Of a stretch of 39,748 bases of DNA, positions 1 to 8,847 are shown in pieces. Under the pieces are notes generated by a model, which was given only the letters and a program-made list of their open reading frames with translations, was not told where the DNA came from and searched no databases. The translations under genes and the position numbers were made by a program. Source of the stretch: a virus (lineage: Duplodnaviria > Heunggongvirae > Uroviricota > Caudoviricetes); IMG/VR virus record IMGVR_UViG_2563366998_000008, one strand, 5' to 3'. How positions within the stretch are numbered: position 1 is the first letter of the stretch; each line of letters begins with the position of its first letter.

Positions 1-393
1 ATGGCAAAAGTATTTACACCAGAAGAGCGGGAAGAAGTGAAGGCGCGCATTGTGGAATTCGTGCGCCTGAGCGGACGAGAAACTTTTCGACAACTGGCAG
101 ATAAAACGGGTGTCAGTAAGACCGCTATTCGTCGTTTATCTGGTGCGCTTGCGGCCAGTGGTGATGTCTGGCTCTCTGGTTGCGGGGTATTTCCATCAGA
201 GCAGGCGTATCGCGTATGGCGTAAGACACCGGAGAAGGCTGCTGACCCGACACTGATTCGAAAGTTACCTGACGGAGAAATACGTCGTTACAACAGACGG
301 CAGAACATAATTTGTCGTGAGTGCCGCCAGAGCGAAGTCATGCAGCGTGTGCTGGCGTTCTATCGGGGAAACTTTCAGGAGGTGATGGAGTGA
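1..393 (+). CDS. hypothetical early-region protein with helix-turn-helix-like segment; may be 5'-truncated by the window edge
   Basis: Open frame from ATG at position 1 to TGA 391-393; HTH-like stretch ETFRQLADKTGVSKTAIRRL; tightly packed with co-directional downstream genes. Confidence 0.4.
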   Translation: MAKVFTPEEREEVKARIVEFVRLSGRETFRQLADKTGVSKTAIRRLSGALAASGDVWLSGCGVFPSEQAYRVWRKTPEKAADPTLIRKLPDGEIRRYNRRQNIICRECRQSEVMQRVLAFYRGNFQEVME

Positions 394-686
394 GGGTGAG
401 AGTTTATATTGCCGGTCCAATGACGGGATATGAAAATTTCAACCGTGAGGCGTTTCACAAGGCGGAAGAGGAACTGAAACGGGAAGGGCATACCGTCTTA
501 AACCCGGCAGTACTTCCGGACGGGCTGACACAGCCGCACTACATGGATATTTGCATGGCAATGATTCGTTGTGTGGATGCGATTTACATGCTGAATGGCT
601 GGCAGCGGTCAGCGGGCGCTAAGGCAGAGCTGGCACTGGCGGAGAAACTGGGGCATGCGGTGATTTATCAGGAGGTGGCTCAATGA
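390..686 (+). CDS. DUF4406-like (nucleoside 2-deoxyribosyltransferase-like) phage protein
   Basis: GTG 390 preceded by AGGAGG (377-382, 7-nt spacer); N-terminal VYIAGPMTG motif typical of this family; stop overlaps the next start (ATGA). Confidence 0.55.
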   Translation: MRVRVYIAGPMTGYENFNREAFHKAEEELKREGHTVLNPAVLPDGLTQPHYMDICMAMIRCVDAIYMLNGWQRSAGAKAELALAEKLGHAVIYQEVAQ

Positions 687-1144
687 GAGAGGTTAACTAT
701 GAGGCGCTTCGTGAGGCAGCACAAAACTATCAGTCGACGCTGGCGTGGTATCAGGCTATCCCGGACAGCCCAAATGCTGAACGGGATTGTGATGCGGCTC
801 TTGCTGCGTTTAAGCGTCACATCCGTCATCGGGAAGCGGATATTATCGCTGATTTGCTGGATGGACTGGAAGAAGCAAAATCACAACTCAACGAGCAGCG
901 TGAGTATTACGAAGGCGTTATCTCTGATGGGAGTAAGCGTATTGCTGAACTGGAAGCGCGGGAAGTTCAATTACCGACTCGCTACGACCTTCGATATGGA
1001 CATCCGATAAATGCAGATGAGCGACATGTCATGATACCTAAAGAAAATGGCAGTTGGCTTTACCTGATTGACCTAGAACACGCATTACGCGTCGCTGGCA
1101 TTCGCATCAAAGGAGAGGAGCATGGAAATAAAACCAGAGGATGA
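683..1144 (+). CDS. hypothetical phage protein
   Basis: ATG 683 with AGGAGG at 670-675; 153-aa ORF, translationally coupled to flanking genes. Confidence 0.5.
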   Translation: MREVNYEALREAAQNYQSTLAWYQAIPDSPNAERDCDAALAAFKRHIRHREADIIADLLDGLEEAKSQLNEQREYYEGVISDGSKRIAELEAREVQLPTRYDLRYGHPINADERHVMIPKENGSWLYLIDLEHALRVAGIRIKGEEHGNKTRG

Positions 1145-1478
1145 GTTAAGCAATATCGTTTTATTTCCGGTAAAAGAGGATGACCCTCGTAATCAGGTTA
1201 ATTTTCTTTATGAGTCATCGGAAAGACCATATTGTCATCACGCCTCTGTTCGGGTTGACGAAAAAGAGCGTCAGGTCCGCTGTAAAATCTGCGGTGCAGT
1301 TGTGGAGCCGTTTGACTGGATGCTCTCTGTGGCGAAAAGAGAAACCAGACTGGCAGATGATGTAAGGCTATTGCGCCAGGAGGAACAGGAAAGGCGGAAA
1401 AATATAGAAAAGTTAATTCAGATTGAGCGTAACGCGAAAGCGCGGATATGCAGGGCGACAAAATCCAGAACTGAATAA
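1122..1478 (+). CDS. hypothetical phage protein with Cys/His zinc-ribbon-like motifs
   Basis: ATG 1122 after AGGAGAGGAG; CHH...CKIC pattern in translation. Confidence 0.5.
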   Translation: MEIKPEDELSNIVLFPVKEDDPRNQVNFLYESSERPYCHHASVRVDEKERQVRCKICGAVVEPFDWMLSVAKRETRLADDVRLLRQEEQERRKNIEKLIQIERNAKARICRATKSRTE

Positions 1479-1573
1479 TTAAATTTAGCACTGTTAAAAA
1501 TTTTATCCTTAACCGGAGGGATTTCTGCACCCTCAGAACATCAGGAGGCCGCCCGAAAGGGCGGTAATGAAAA

Positions 1574-1981
1574 ATGACTGAATTAACAAAAGAGCAATTA
1601 ATCGAAGAAGCCAAATTAAAAATAGCGATTGCGAAATGCCACACGAATTCAGGGATGGCACGGGTAGAGGGTGAGTTATTCAAAATTGCACTGGCATCGC
1701 TAGAAGCGGAACCGATAGCGTGGAAATGCGGCGAAAACATAATCCTGTTTAATCCTGACACAGTTGAAGCATACGCAAAACGTGCGGAGATATCACCTAA
1801 ACCACTATTCGCAGCTCCACCTGTGCCGGTTGTGTCTGAAGAACTGGTTAAAGCCGTGCGCTTCTATGAAAAGGTTAAGCGTGAAAATCCGCCAGTCGAA
1901 ACCGGAGCATGGAAAGACGCTGTTGACTGGGTGCTCAAAGAGGCCTGCCAGGTTGTAAACACTGGCATCAAAGGAGACTGA
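1574..1981 (+). CDS. hypothetical phage protein (shares an AAPPVPVVSEE module with the 2345..3331 product)
   Basis: 135-aa ORF; motif LFAAPPVPVVSEE recurs in the second downstream gene. Confidence 0.5.
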   Translation: MTELTKEQLIEEAKLKIAIAKCHTNSGMARVEGELFKIALASLEAEPIAWKCGENIILFNPDTVEAYAKRAEISPKPLFAAPPVPVVSEELVKAVRFYEKVKRENPPVETGAWKDAVDWVLKEACQVVNTGIKGD

Positions 1982-1982
1982 T

Positions 1983-2348
1983 ATGGCACTGACGAAAAAA
2001 CAACGTGCAGAATTGCGCATGAAGTTTGGCGGTCGCTGTGCTTATTGCGGCTGTGAACTTGGCGAAAAGTGGCATGCAGACCATGTAAAACCGGTCATTC
2101 GTTTTAATGGAAATATGCTTCACCAGGAACGTGACGATATATCCAACATGGTTCCGGCATGCCACCCATGCAATCTGCACAAGCATTGCAGTAGCCTGGA
2201 AGACTATCGGCGAATTATCAGTGATGGTCGTCGTGAATTCCTTGCGTCCGGGAAAGGCAAAGCGCTGGTTCGTATGGGATTGGTTGAAATGAAATCTGAC
2301 CCGGTTGTGTTCTGGTTTGAAAAATATCAAGAAGGGGCTACAGCATGA
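1983..2348 (+). CDS. HNH endonuclease
   Basis: ATG 1983 after AAGGAG; CxxC ... HADHVKP ... N ... ACHPCN pattern characteristic of the HNH nuclease fold. Confidence 0.75.
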   Translation: MALTKKQRAELRMKFGGRCAYCGCELGEKWHADHVKPVIRFNGNMLHQERDDISNMVPACHPCNLHKHCSSLEDYRRIISDGRREFLASGKGKALVRMGLVEMKSDPVVFWFEKYQEGATA

Positions 2349-3331
2349 CCACTATTACCAATAAGAAACAGTATCCCAGCGAGCAATATCTTAATGAGCT
2401 TATCACCAACATAGAGTTTGCTGCAAGGGCACCAGTTGAAGTCGTGAGCGCAATGGCAGCAGAGCTACAGAAGCGGCGCGAAGCTGATAGCGCAGAACCA
2501 GTTGCTTATATTTTCAAACATCCGGCCGGGAAATTATTCTGGGCTTTAACGGATGAAAGCAATAAAGAGCAAGCGGACGTTATTCCTGTTTATGCCGCCC
2601 CTCCAGTGCCAGTAGTATCTGAAGAAAAACCAATGCCTAACCCTCTTAAAATGTACGCGGTCGATGATGTTGCCGCTATTGCAGAGGTGAGAGGCTGGAA
2701 TGCCTACCGCGCCGCCATGCTTCAGAGTCAGGGGGAAGGCAACCCTCATGTAACCCCGGCTCGCCTGCCTGGTGGTTTCACCATTGAGGATGCGAAGGTG
2801 TTACATGAAGACCTTGTACGTAGCCACATAAGCCAGGCTTTAAGTGGCGAAAAGATGAAAAAGAAAGATCGCGATGCTGATTTGCGCTGGATTCATGGCG
2901 TAATAGTTCAGGCCGCGTGGTTTGTAAAGGCATCACTGGAGCAGAATGCACTATCGGGCAACTCTCCGGTAATTCCTGGTGAGGTGTTGTCCGCAATCCG
3001 GGAGGTTGCCAGGATTCGCGCCGATTTCGATGATTTTGACGGTGACAGGCGAGGTATCGGTGATTGTCTGGATGAGGCCGAGCAAGAGCTTATCGTTACC
3101 ATTAACAAATATGCCAGTCAGTTGGCAGTAGAGCCGGTAGTACCTGATGACGTTCTGGAACAGACAGTAGCGTCGCCAGCGCTAGGTAACCAGGTTAGCG
3201 AATTAACAATGTGGGTTAAACGACTGGTCAGTCAACTGAAAAAAGCTCAGCCGGACTGCAAATTACCGGAGAAGGCGATGGATTACCTGAAACGAAATGG
3301 ACTGATAAGCGTGGAGGATGTTTTACGATGA
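2345..3331 (+). CDS. hypothetical phage protein (328 aa)
   Basis: ATG 2345 overlapping the HNH stop (ATGA); long ORF with no recognised domain; contains the AAPPVPVVSEE module. Confidence 0.55.
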   Translation: MTTITNKKQYPSEQYLNELITNIEFAARAPVEVVSAMAAELQKRREADSAEPVAYIFKHPAGKLFWALTDESNKEQADVIPVYAAPPVPVVSEEKPMPNPLKMYAVDDVAAIAEVRGWNAYRAAMLQSQGEGNPHVTPARLPGGFTIEDAKVLHEDLVRSHISQALSGEKMKKKDRDADLRWIHGVIVQAAWFVKASLEQNALSGNSPVIPGEVLSAIREVARIRADFDDFDGDRRGIGDCLDEAEQELIVTINKYASQLAVEPVVPDDVLEQTVASPALGNQVSELTMWVKRLVSQLKKAQPDCKLPEKAMDYLKRNGLISVEDVLR

Positions 3332-3451
3332 ATATTTAGACTAAAGAGTTTGTAACGCTATGTAAGTGATTTTTTCTGGTTTAGATATTTATATGTCCGG
3401 CCAAATTGAGGTGTGTTTAAATGTTATTGCACATTGATTGTAGGGGGAATA

Positions 3452-3631
3452 ATGAAAAACGCATTGCAGTTTTTGTTTGTTGCGTTCTGGTTGTTCGCAT
3501 CATGTATGCCCATCATCTTCACAGCAAGGTATATGGAAAAAATTGATGTTTTGATATTAATGTTTGGACATATAAATGCCCTTTTTTTAGGGGTGTTCAT
3601 GGCGGTCATGTGCATTGAATACTGGCGGTAA
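3452..3631 (+). CDS. possible small hydrophobic membrane protein
   Basis: Short ORF in an AT-rich intergenic region; translation is strongly hydrophobic; no clear RBS seen. Confidence 0.2.
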   Translation: MKNALQFLFVAFWLFASCMPIIFTARYMEKIDVLILMFGHINALFLGVFMAVMCIEYWR

Positions 3632-3833
3632 ATACAGCGAACGCCATTGGTTTAGTTGGATATTTACTGTGCCGGACAAAAACGGTTTGCGGGGAAATCT
3701 TAGTTAAGTAGAATAACTGCGGGTGCTTGAGGCTATCTGTCTCAGGCATGAACACCAAAAGGCAGATAGAGAAAAGCCCCAGTTAACATTACGCGTCCTG
3801 CAAGACGCTTAACATTAATCTGAGGCCATATCT

Positions 3834-3893
3834 ATGCGACACATAGAGATTAGCCTCTTACGGACCGAAAGGTCAAGGAGAAGCAGGCTATGA
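3834..3893 (+). CDS. mok-like leader uORF translationally coupled to hok
   Basis: 19-codon ORF whose TGA (3891-3893) overlaps the hok ATG (3890-3892) as ATGA. Confidence 0.3.
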   Translation: MRHIEISLLRTERSRRSRL

Positions 3894-4045
3894 AGCAGCA
3901 AAAGGCGATGTTAATCGCCCTGATCGTCATCTGTTTAACCGTCATAGTGACGGCACTGGTAACGAGGAAAGACCTCTGCGAGGTACGAATCCGAACCGGC
4001 CAGACGGAGGTCGCTGTCTTCACAGCTTACGAACCTGAGGAGTAA
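3890..4045 (+). CDS. hokD: Hok/Gef family type I toxin (HokD/RelF-like)
   Basis: 51-aa product MKQQKAMLIALIVICLTVIVTALVTRKDLCEVRIRTGQTEVAVFTAYEPEE matches the Hok family as I recall it, likely HokD/RelF; followed by hairpin and terminator. Confidence 0.85.
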   Translation: MKQQKAMLIALIVICLTVIVTALVTRKDLCEVRIRTGQTEVAVFTAYEPEE

Positions 4046-4113
4046 GAGACCAGGCGAGGGAGAAATCCCTCGCCACCTCTGATGTGGCAGGCATCCTCAA
4101 CGCACCCGCACTT

Positions 4114-4140
4114 AACCCGCTTCGGCGGGTTTTTGTTTTT
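4114..4140 (+). terminator. rho-independent terminator after hok
   Basis: Stem AACCCGC / GCGGGTT with TTCG loop followed by a T-run. Confidence 0.5.
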
Positions 4141-4261
4141 ATTTTCAACGCATTTGAAGTTCTGGACGGTGCCGGAATAGAATCAAAAATACTTAAGTAG
4201 CGCGCAGGGATAAGAGGGATGGTCCCTTAAAGGGGAGAGCTAATTATCCGGAAGGATTCTG

Positions 4262-4513
4262 ATGATGAACATCGAAGAACTGCGTAAAATTTTTTGTGAA
4301 GATGGCCTCTATGCTGTGTGCGTTGAAAATGGAAATATTGTTAGCCATTACCGCATTGTGTGTTTGCAAAAAAATGGGGCTGCGTTAATTAATTTTGTGG
4401 ATGCCCGAGTGACGGACGGATTTATCTTGCACGACGGTGAGTTTGTCACTTCATTACAGGCATTGAAAGAGATCGGAATAAAAGCTGGCTTTTCTGCTTT
4501 TTCAGAAGAATAA
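4262..4513 (+). CDS. small phage protein (83 aa), possibly Rem-like
   Basis: ATG 4262 after GGAAGGA; size and position next to hok resemble rem of the E. coli Qin prophage (from memory, unverified). Confidence 0.55.
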   Translation: MMNIEELRKIFCEDGLYAVCVENGNIVSHYRIVCLQKNGAALINFVDARVTDGFILHDGEFVTSLQALKEIGIKAGFSAFSEE

Positions 4514-4579
4514 ACTCATCTACAATCTTGCGCGGGGCTGAACTCCCGCTGAGTAACACCGTGCCACCGGAGAAAACCG

Positions 4580-4858
4580 ATGGCACGCAACGCAAAATAT
4601 TACAATCATGATAATTCGACCGTTCTTGCCCACACGCACGAGCGGTATTCTCATGCATTTAAGTCAGACTGGTACCAGCATCCCCCATGCACTGAAGAAC
4701 AGGCCGAGTGGCTAATTCAGTGCTACCGCAGACACGGATACGAGATTAAGAAAGCCCTCAGCCTCGATTATCGTCACTGGATAATCTCCGTCAGGCTCCC
4801 TTACTCCGAACGGCCACCGCGTCCGTCCCGCACATTCCAGCAACGCATCTGGAGGTAA
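4580..4858 (+). CDS. hypothetical phage protein (92 aa)
   Basis: ATG 4580 with GGAG upstream; stop immediately precedes the next GTG start. Confidence 0.5.
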   Translation: MARNAKYYNHDNSTVLAHTHERYSHAFKSDWYQHPPCTEEQAEWLIQCYRRHGYEIKKALSLDYRHWIISVRLPYSERPPRPSRTFQQRIWR

Positions 4859-4859
4859 C

Positions 4860-5147
4860 GTGCGGGTATTACTTCGACCTGTTCTGGTACCGGAACTTGG
4901 GCTGGTGGTGCTAAAACCGGGCCGTGAATCCATGCCGGTATTCCACAATACCCGGGTACTGGTGGAGCCGGAACCGAAAAGCATGCGTAATCTGTCGTCC
5001 GGGGAGGCGATGTTAATCGCCCTGATCGTCATCTGTTTAACCGTCATAGTGACGGCACTGGTAACGAGGAAAGACCTCTGCGAGGTACGAATCCGAACCG
5101 GCCAGACGGAGGTCGCTGTCTTCACAGCTTACGAACCTGAGGAGTAA
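4860..5147 (+). CDS. chimeric ORF at the duplication junction: DUF968 N-terminus fused in frame to Hok residues 7-51
   Basis: GTG 4860 with GGAGG RBS; first ~47 aa match the start of 5962..7017, remainder is ...MLIALIVICLTVIVTALVTRKDLCEVRIRTGQTEVAVFTAYEPEE. Confidence 0.5.
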   Translation: MRVLLRPVLVPELGLVVLKPGRESMPVFHNTRVLVEPEPKSMRNLSSGEAMLIALIVICLTVIVTALVTRKDLCEVRIRTGQTEVAVFTAYEPEE

Positions 5148-5363
5148 GAGACCAGGCGAGGGAGAAATCCCTCGCCACCTCAGATGTGGCAGGCATCCTC
5201 AACGCACCCGCACTTAACCCGCTTCGGCGGGTTTTTGTTTTTATTTTCAACGCATTTGAAGTTCTGGACGGTGCCGGAATAGAATCAAAAATACTTAAGT
5301 AGCGCGCAGGGATAAGAGGGATGGTCCCTTAAAGGGGAGAGCTAATTATCCGGAAGGATTCTG

Positions 5364-5615
5364 ATGATGAACATCGAAGAACTGCGTAAAATTTTTTGTG
5401 AAGATGGCCTCTATGCTGTGTGCGTTGAAAATGGAAATATTGTTAGCCATTACCGCATTGTGTGTTTGCAAAAAAATGGGGCTGCGTTAATTAATTTTGT
5501 GGATGCTCGAGTGACGGACGGATTTATCTTGCACGACGGTGAGTTTGTCACTTCATTACAGGCATTGAAAGAGATCGGAATAAAAGCTGGCTTTTCTGCT
5601 TTTTCAGAAGAATAA
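5364..5615 (+). CDS. duplicate copy of the 83-aa Rem-like protein
   Basis: Identical translation to 4262..4513. Confidence 0.55.
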   Translation: MMNIEELRKIFCEDGLYAVCVENGNIVSHYRIVCLQKNGAALINFVDARVTDGFILHDGEFVTSLQALKEIGIKAGFSAFSEE

Positions 5616-5681
5616 ACTCATCTACAATCTTGCGCGGGGCTGAACTCCCGCTGAGTAACACCGTGCCACCGGAGAAAACCG

Positions 5682-5960
5682 ATGGCACGCAACGCAAAAT
5701 ATTACAATCATGATAATTCGACCGTTCTTGCCCACACGCACGAGCGGTATTCTCATGCATTTAAGTCAGACTGGTACCAGCATCCCCCATGCACTGAAGA
5801 ACAGGCCGAGTGGCTAATTCAGTGCTACCGCAGACACGGATACGAGATTAAGAAAGCCCTCAGCCTCGATTATCGTCACTGGATAATCTCCGTCAGGCTC
5901 CCTTACTCCGAACGGCCACCGCGTCCGTCCCGCACATTCCAGCAACGCATCTGGAGGTAA
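5682..5960 (+). CDS. duplicate copy of the 92-aa hypothetical protein
   Basis: Identical translation to 4580..4858. Confidence 0.5.
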   Translation: MARNAKYYNHDNSTVLAHTHERYSHAFKSDWYQHPPCTEEQAEWLIQCYRRHGYEIKKALSLDYRHWIISVRLPYSERPPRPSRTFQQRIWR

Positions 5961-5961
5961 C

Positions 5962-7017
5962 GTGCGGGTATTACTTCGACCTGTTCTGGTACCGGAACTC
6001 GGGCTGGTGATCGTTAAACCGGGCCGTGAATCCATGCCGGTATTCCACAATACCCGGGTACTGGTGGAGCCGGAACCGAAAAGCATGCGTAATCTGTCGT
6101 CCGGGGTCGTTCCTGCCGTTCGCCAGCCGCTGGCGGAGGATAAATCATTACTGCCATTTTTCAGCGACGAACGAGTGATTCGTGCTGCTGGTGGCGCTGG
6201 CGCATTGTCTGACTGGTTACTGCGCCATGTTAAATCCTGCCAGTGGCCACACGGCGATTATCACCACAGTGAAACCGTCATTCACCGTTATGGTACCGGC
6301 GCAATGGTGTTGTGCTGGCACTGCGACAACCAGCTGCGCGACCAGACCTCCGAATCACTCGGGCAACTTGCTCACCAAAACCTGTCTGCATGGATGATTG
6401 ACGTCATACGCCATGCAATGAATGGCTCGCAGGAACGGGAATTATCGCTGGCTGAATTATCCTGGTGGGCGGTCCGCAATCAGGTGGCGGACGCGCTACC
6501 GGAAGCGGTATTACGTCGTTCGCTGGGGTTGCGTGCGGAAAAAATCCGCTCAATGTACCGTGAAAGCGACATCGTACCGGGAGAGCAGACCGCCACCAGC
6601 ATACTGAAACAGCGCACAAAAAATCTTGCGCCGCTGCCTCACGCCCACCAGCAAAACCCGCCACAGGAAAAGACGGTGGTCAGCATTGCCGTTGATCCGG
6701 AGTCACCGGCTCAGTATCTCCAGCGCCAGAAACCACAACGGGAAGAGATGCCTGTATACACGCGCTGGGTAAAAACGCAGAAATGCATGACGTGTGGCAA
6801 TCAGGCAGATGATCCGCATCACATCATTGGTCATGGACTGGGAGGGATGGGAACAAAGGCTGACGATTTGTTTGTTATTCCGCTGTGTCGTAAATGCCAT
6901 AACGAACTACACGCCGGGGTAAAAGATTTTGAAGAAAAACACGGTAGTCAGTTGTTGTTGCTGATTCGTTTTTTAATGCACGCGAGAAATTCGGGTGTTC
7001 TGAAGTGGAAAGCATAA
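5962..7017 (+). CDS. DUF968-family phage protein (YdfU-like) with C-terminal Cys/His cluster
   Basis: GTG 5962 after GGAGG; 351 aa; C-terminal CMTCGN...HHIIGHG...CRKCHNELH. Confidence 0.65.
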   Translation: MRVLLRPVLVPELGLVIVKPGRESMPVFHNTRVLVEPEPKSMRNLSSGVVPAVRQPLAEDKSLLPFFSDERVIRAAGGAGALSDWLLRHVKSCQWPHGDYHHSETVIHRYGTGAMVLCWHCDNQLRDQTSESLGQLAHQNLSAWMIDVIRHAMNGSQERELSLAELSWWAVRNQVADALPEAVLRRSLGLRAEKIRSMYRESDIVPGEQTATSILKQRTKNLAPLPHAHQQNPPQEKTVVSIAVDPESPAQYLQRQKPQREEMPVYTRWVKTQKCMTCGNQADDPHHIIGHGLGGMGTKADDLFVIPLCRKCHNELHAGVKDFEEKHGSQLLLLIRFLMHARNSGVLKWKA

Positions 7018-7386
7018 ATGACCGAACGCATAGAATTTGTTTTGCCTTACTCGCCGACGGTGAACACTTACTGGCGACGCCGTGGCAGCACATATTTTGT
7101 ATCAAAAGCCGGGGAGCGTTATCGCCGGGCAGTGGCGCTTATTGTTCGCCAGCAGCGACTGAAATTAAGCCTGTCCGGACGGCTGGCAATAAAAATTATT
7201 GCAGAGCCACCGGATAAGCGTCGTCGTGACCTGGACAATATTCTGAAAGCACCACTGGATGCGCTGACGCACGCGGGGTTGTTAATGGACGATGAGCAGT
7301 TTGATGAAATCAATATTGTACGTGGCCAGCCAGTATCTGGTGGACGGCTGGAGATAAGAATTACAGAGGTGGGTGTGCATGAATAA
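7018..7386 (+). CDS. rusA: RusA-family Holliday junction resolvase
   Basis: 122-aa product with RRRDLDN and GGRLEI motifs resembling E. coli RusA; ATG abuts the upstream stop. Confidence 0.85.
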   Translation: MTERIEFVLPYSPTVNTYWRRRGSTYFVSKAGERYRRAVALIVRQQRLKLSLSGRLAIKIIAEPPDKRRRDLDNILKAPLDALTHAGLLMDDEQFDEINIVRGQPVSGGRLEIRITEVGVHE

Positions 7387-8068
7387 CCAGTATTTACAGT
7401 TTGTTCGTGAGCAACTCATGATTGCCACTGCAGATCTCAGTGGGTCGACAAAATGCCAGCTGGAAGCCTGGCAGGAAAATGCCCTGTTCGATACAGGGCG
7501 TTACAGACGCAAAAAAATTCGTTACCGCGATGAGGTAACCGGAAAAATGATCACGCGGGATAATCCCCCGATCCAGGGTAAACAATCACTGGCGAAAGGC
7601 TCATCAATTGCGCTGGTCAGTCCTGTTGAGTTTGCAACATCATCGTGGCGGCGTGCTGTTCTGGAACTGGAAGAACATCAGAAGGCGTGGTTGTTGTGGT
7701 GTTATGGCGGAAACATTTGCTGGGAGCATCAGATCGCGATAACGCAGTGGGGGTGGAGTGAATTTAAAACTCAGTCCGGCTCCAGAAAAATTGCAGTGAA
7801 AACGCTGGAGCGTGTGAAGAAGTTGATCTGGCTGGCGGCACAGGATGTCAGAGGATGGGTTACCGGGTGTGAGGTCTACCAGAGACAGGAGCTTGCCAGA
7901 CTGTGTGGAGTTAAGCCTGATAACTGGAGCCATAATTATGCGAACTACTGGCGTGAGATGTGCGATATTTTTAAGCGCCTCGATAGAGAATCCTTGATTT
8001 GCTCCGTGAAAATAAGAGCGCAACAAAAAGCGACCTTTTCACGACGAGATATTGCAAAAGTCAATTAA
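7379..8068 (+). CDS. Q: late-gene antiterminator Q-like protein
   Basis: Position directly after rusA and before a promoter/terminator pair and the lysis genes; ATG 7379 with GAGGTGGG RBS; family assignment by context. Confidence 0.6.
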   Translation: MNNQYLQFVREQLMIATADLSGSTKCQLEAWQENALFDTGRYRRKKIRYRDEVTGKMITRDNPPIQGKQSLAKGSSIALVSPVEFATSSWRRAVLELEEHQKAWLLWCYGGNICWEHQIAITQWGWSEFKTQSGSRKIAVKTLERVKKLIWLAAQDVRGWVTGCEVYQRQELARLCGVKPDNWSHNYANYWREMCDIFKRLDRESLICSVKIRAQQKATFSRRDIAKVN

Positions 8069-8096
8069 ATCGCGTATGTTTCGTATAAATCTGATA
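8061..8096 (+). promoter_or_regulatory. candidate late promoter (PR'-like)
   Basis: TCAATT - 17 bp - TATAAA just downstream of Q and ~40 bp upstream of the terminator. Confidence 0.3.
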
Positions 8097-8133
8097 TTTT
8101 GCCGATTTTGTACGTGATGGCAAAGTAAGAAAA

Positions 8134-8158
8134 AACCACCGCCAGGTGGTTTTTTTTA
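8134..8158 (+). terminator. rho-independent terminator (tR'-like)
   Basis: AACCACC-GCCA-GGTGGTT hairpin followed by TTTTTTT. Confidence 0.6.
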
Positions 8159-8280
8159 TGTCCGAAAATCGCGTCAGTACAGTAAACGCGCTGGTGGTTG
8201 CGAATACGGGTCTTTCAGCTTGCCGGCTTTTTCGACAAGAGTTATTGGTATGTCACGTTAACCGGAAAAGGGAAAAAGAC

Positions 8281-8478
8281 ATGCTAAAACAGCAGGATAT
8301 GACAGAAGCCGCCAGAGTGGTGTTTAATGAATTAAGCGTTACCGACCCGGCGACAGTCAGGGAGATTGCACAGAATACTTACCTTTCACGCGAACGCTGC
8401 CAGTTAATACTGACCCAGCTTGTTATGGCGGGTCTGGCAGACTATCAGTTTGGTTGTTACAGACACCTTCAGTCCTGA
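8281..8478 (+). CDS. small hypothetical protein (65 aa)
   Basis: ATG 8281; alternative upstream ATG at 8158 lies inside the terminator T-run; weak hairpin plus T-run at its stop. Confidence 0.35.
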   Translation: MLKQQDMTEAARVVFNELSVTDPATVREIAQNTYLSRERCQLILTQLVMAGLADYQFGCYRHLQS

Positions 8479-8791
8479 AGGCTTTTTTATTTGTGGTAAA
8501 TGGGCGGCTGGTGGGTGTGGTGGTTGTTGCTTTCCCGTTGCTGAAAAAGAAAACGCCAGACTGTTAGCCGGGTATCAGTTAGCGGGAGAAATTTTTAAAT
8601 ACTTCACAATTCAGGCGGTTGACTGTTGTCTGGTTTGCGGGGAGTTTGTTAAAAGAAACTGGCATGGTGAATCCCCCTGTGCGGAGGGGCAATCAGCGAG
8701 TAGGTATATGGGATAATCGCGGATTCAGGTGCTGGTACTGAATTCACCGGGAGGCACCCGGCACCATGCAATGGCACATAGCGCCACTCTC

Positions 8792-8827
8792 CAGCCCCTC
8801 TCCGGAGGGGCTGTTTATATTGATTTT
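8792..8827 (+). terminator. hairpin with T-rich tail between convergent genes
   Basis: CAGCCCCTC-TCCG-GAGGGGCTG followed by TTTATATTGATTTT. Confidence 0.4.
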
Positions 8828-8847
8828 GTCAGATGTGAGTAAACTCC

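Larger units (their letters stand above)
3903..5004. repeat. tandem direct duplication, copy 1 (1102 bp)
   Basis: Near-identical to 5005..6106; ORFs 4262..4513 and 4580..4858 recur exactly at +1102. Confidence 0.9.
5005..6106. repeat. tandem direct duplication, copy 2 (1102 bp)
   Basis: Near-identical to 3903..5004; junction at 5004/5005 joins a DUF968 5' segment to the hok body. Confidence 0.9.

Noticed and set aside
4712-5125. Minus-strand ORFs within the duplicated unit (4712..5125 and 5814..6086)
   Set aside because: Antisense to better-supported + strand genes; Ser/Thr/Arg-rich translations without RBS
8420-8716. 98-aa + strand ORF overlapping the end of the small gene 8281..8478
   Set aside because: No RBS, overlaps a terminator hairpin and a better-placed ORF; translation looks like read-through of intergenic sequence
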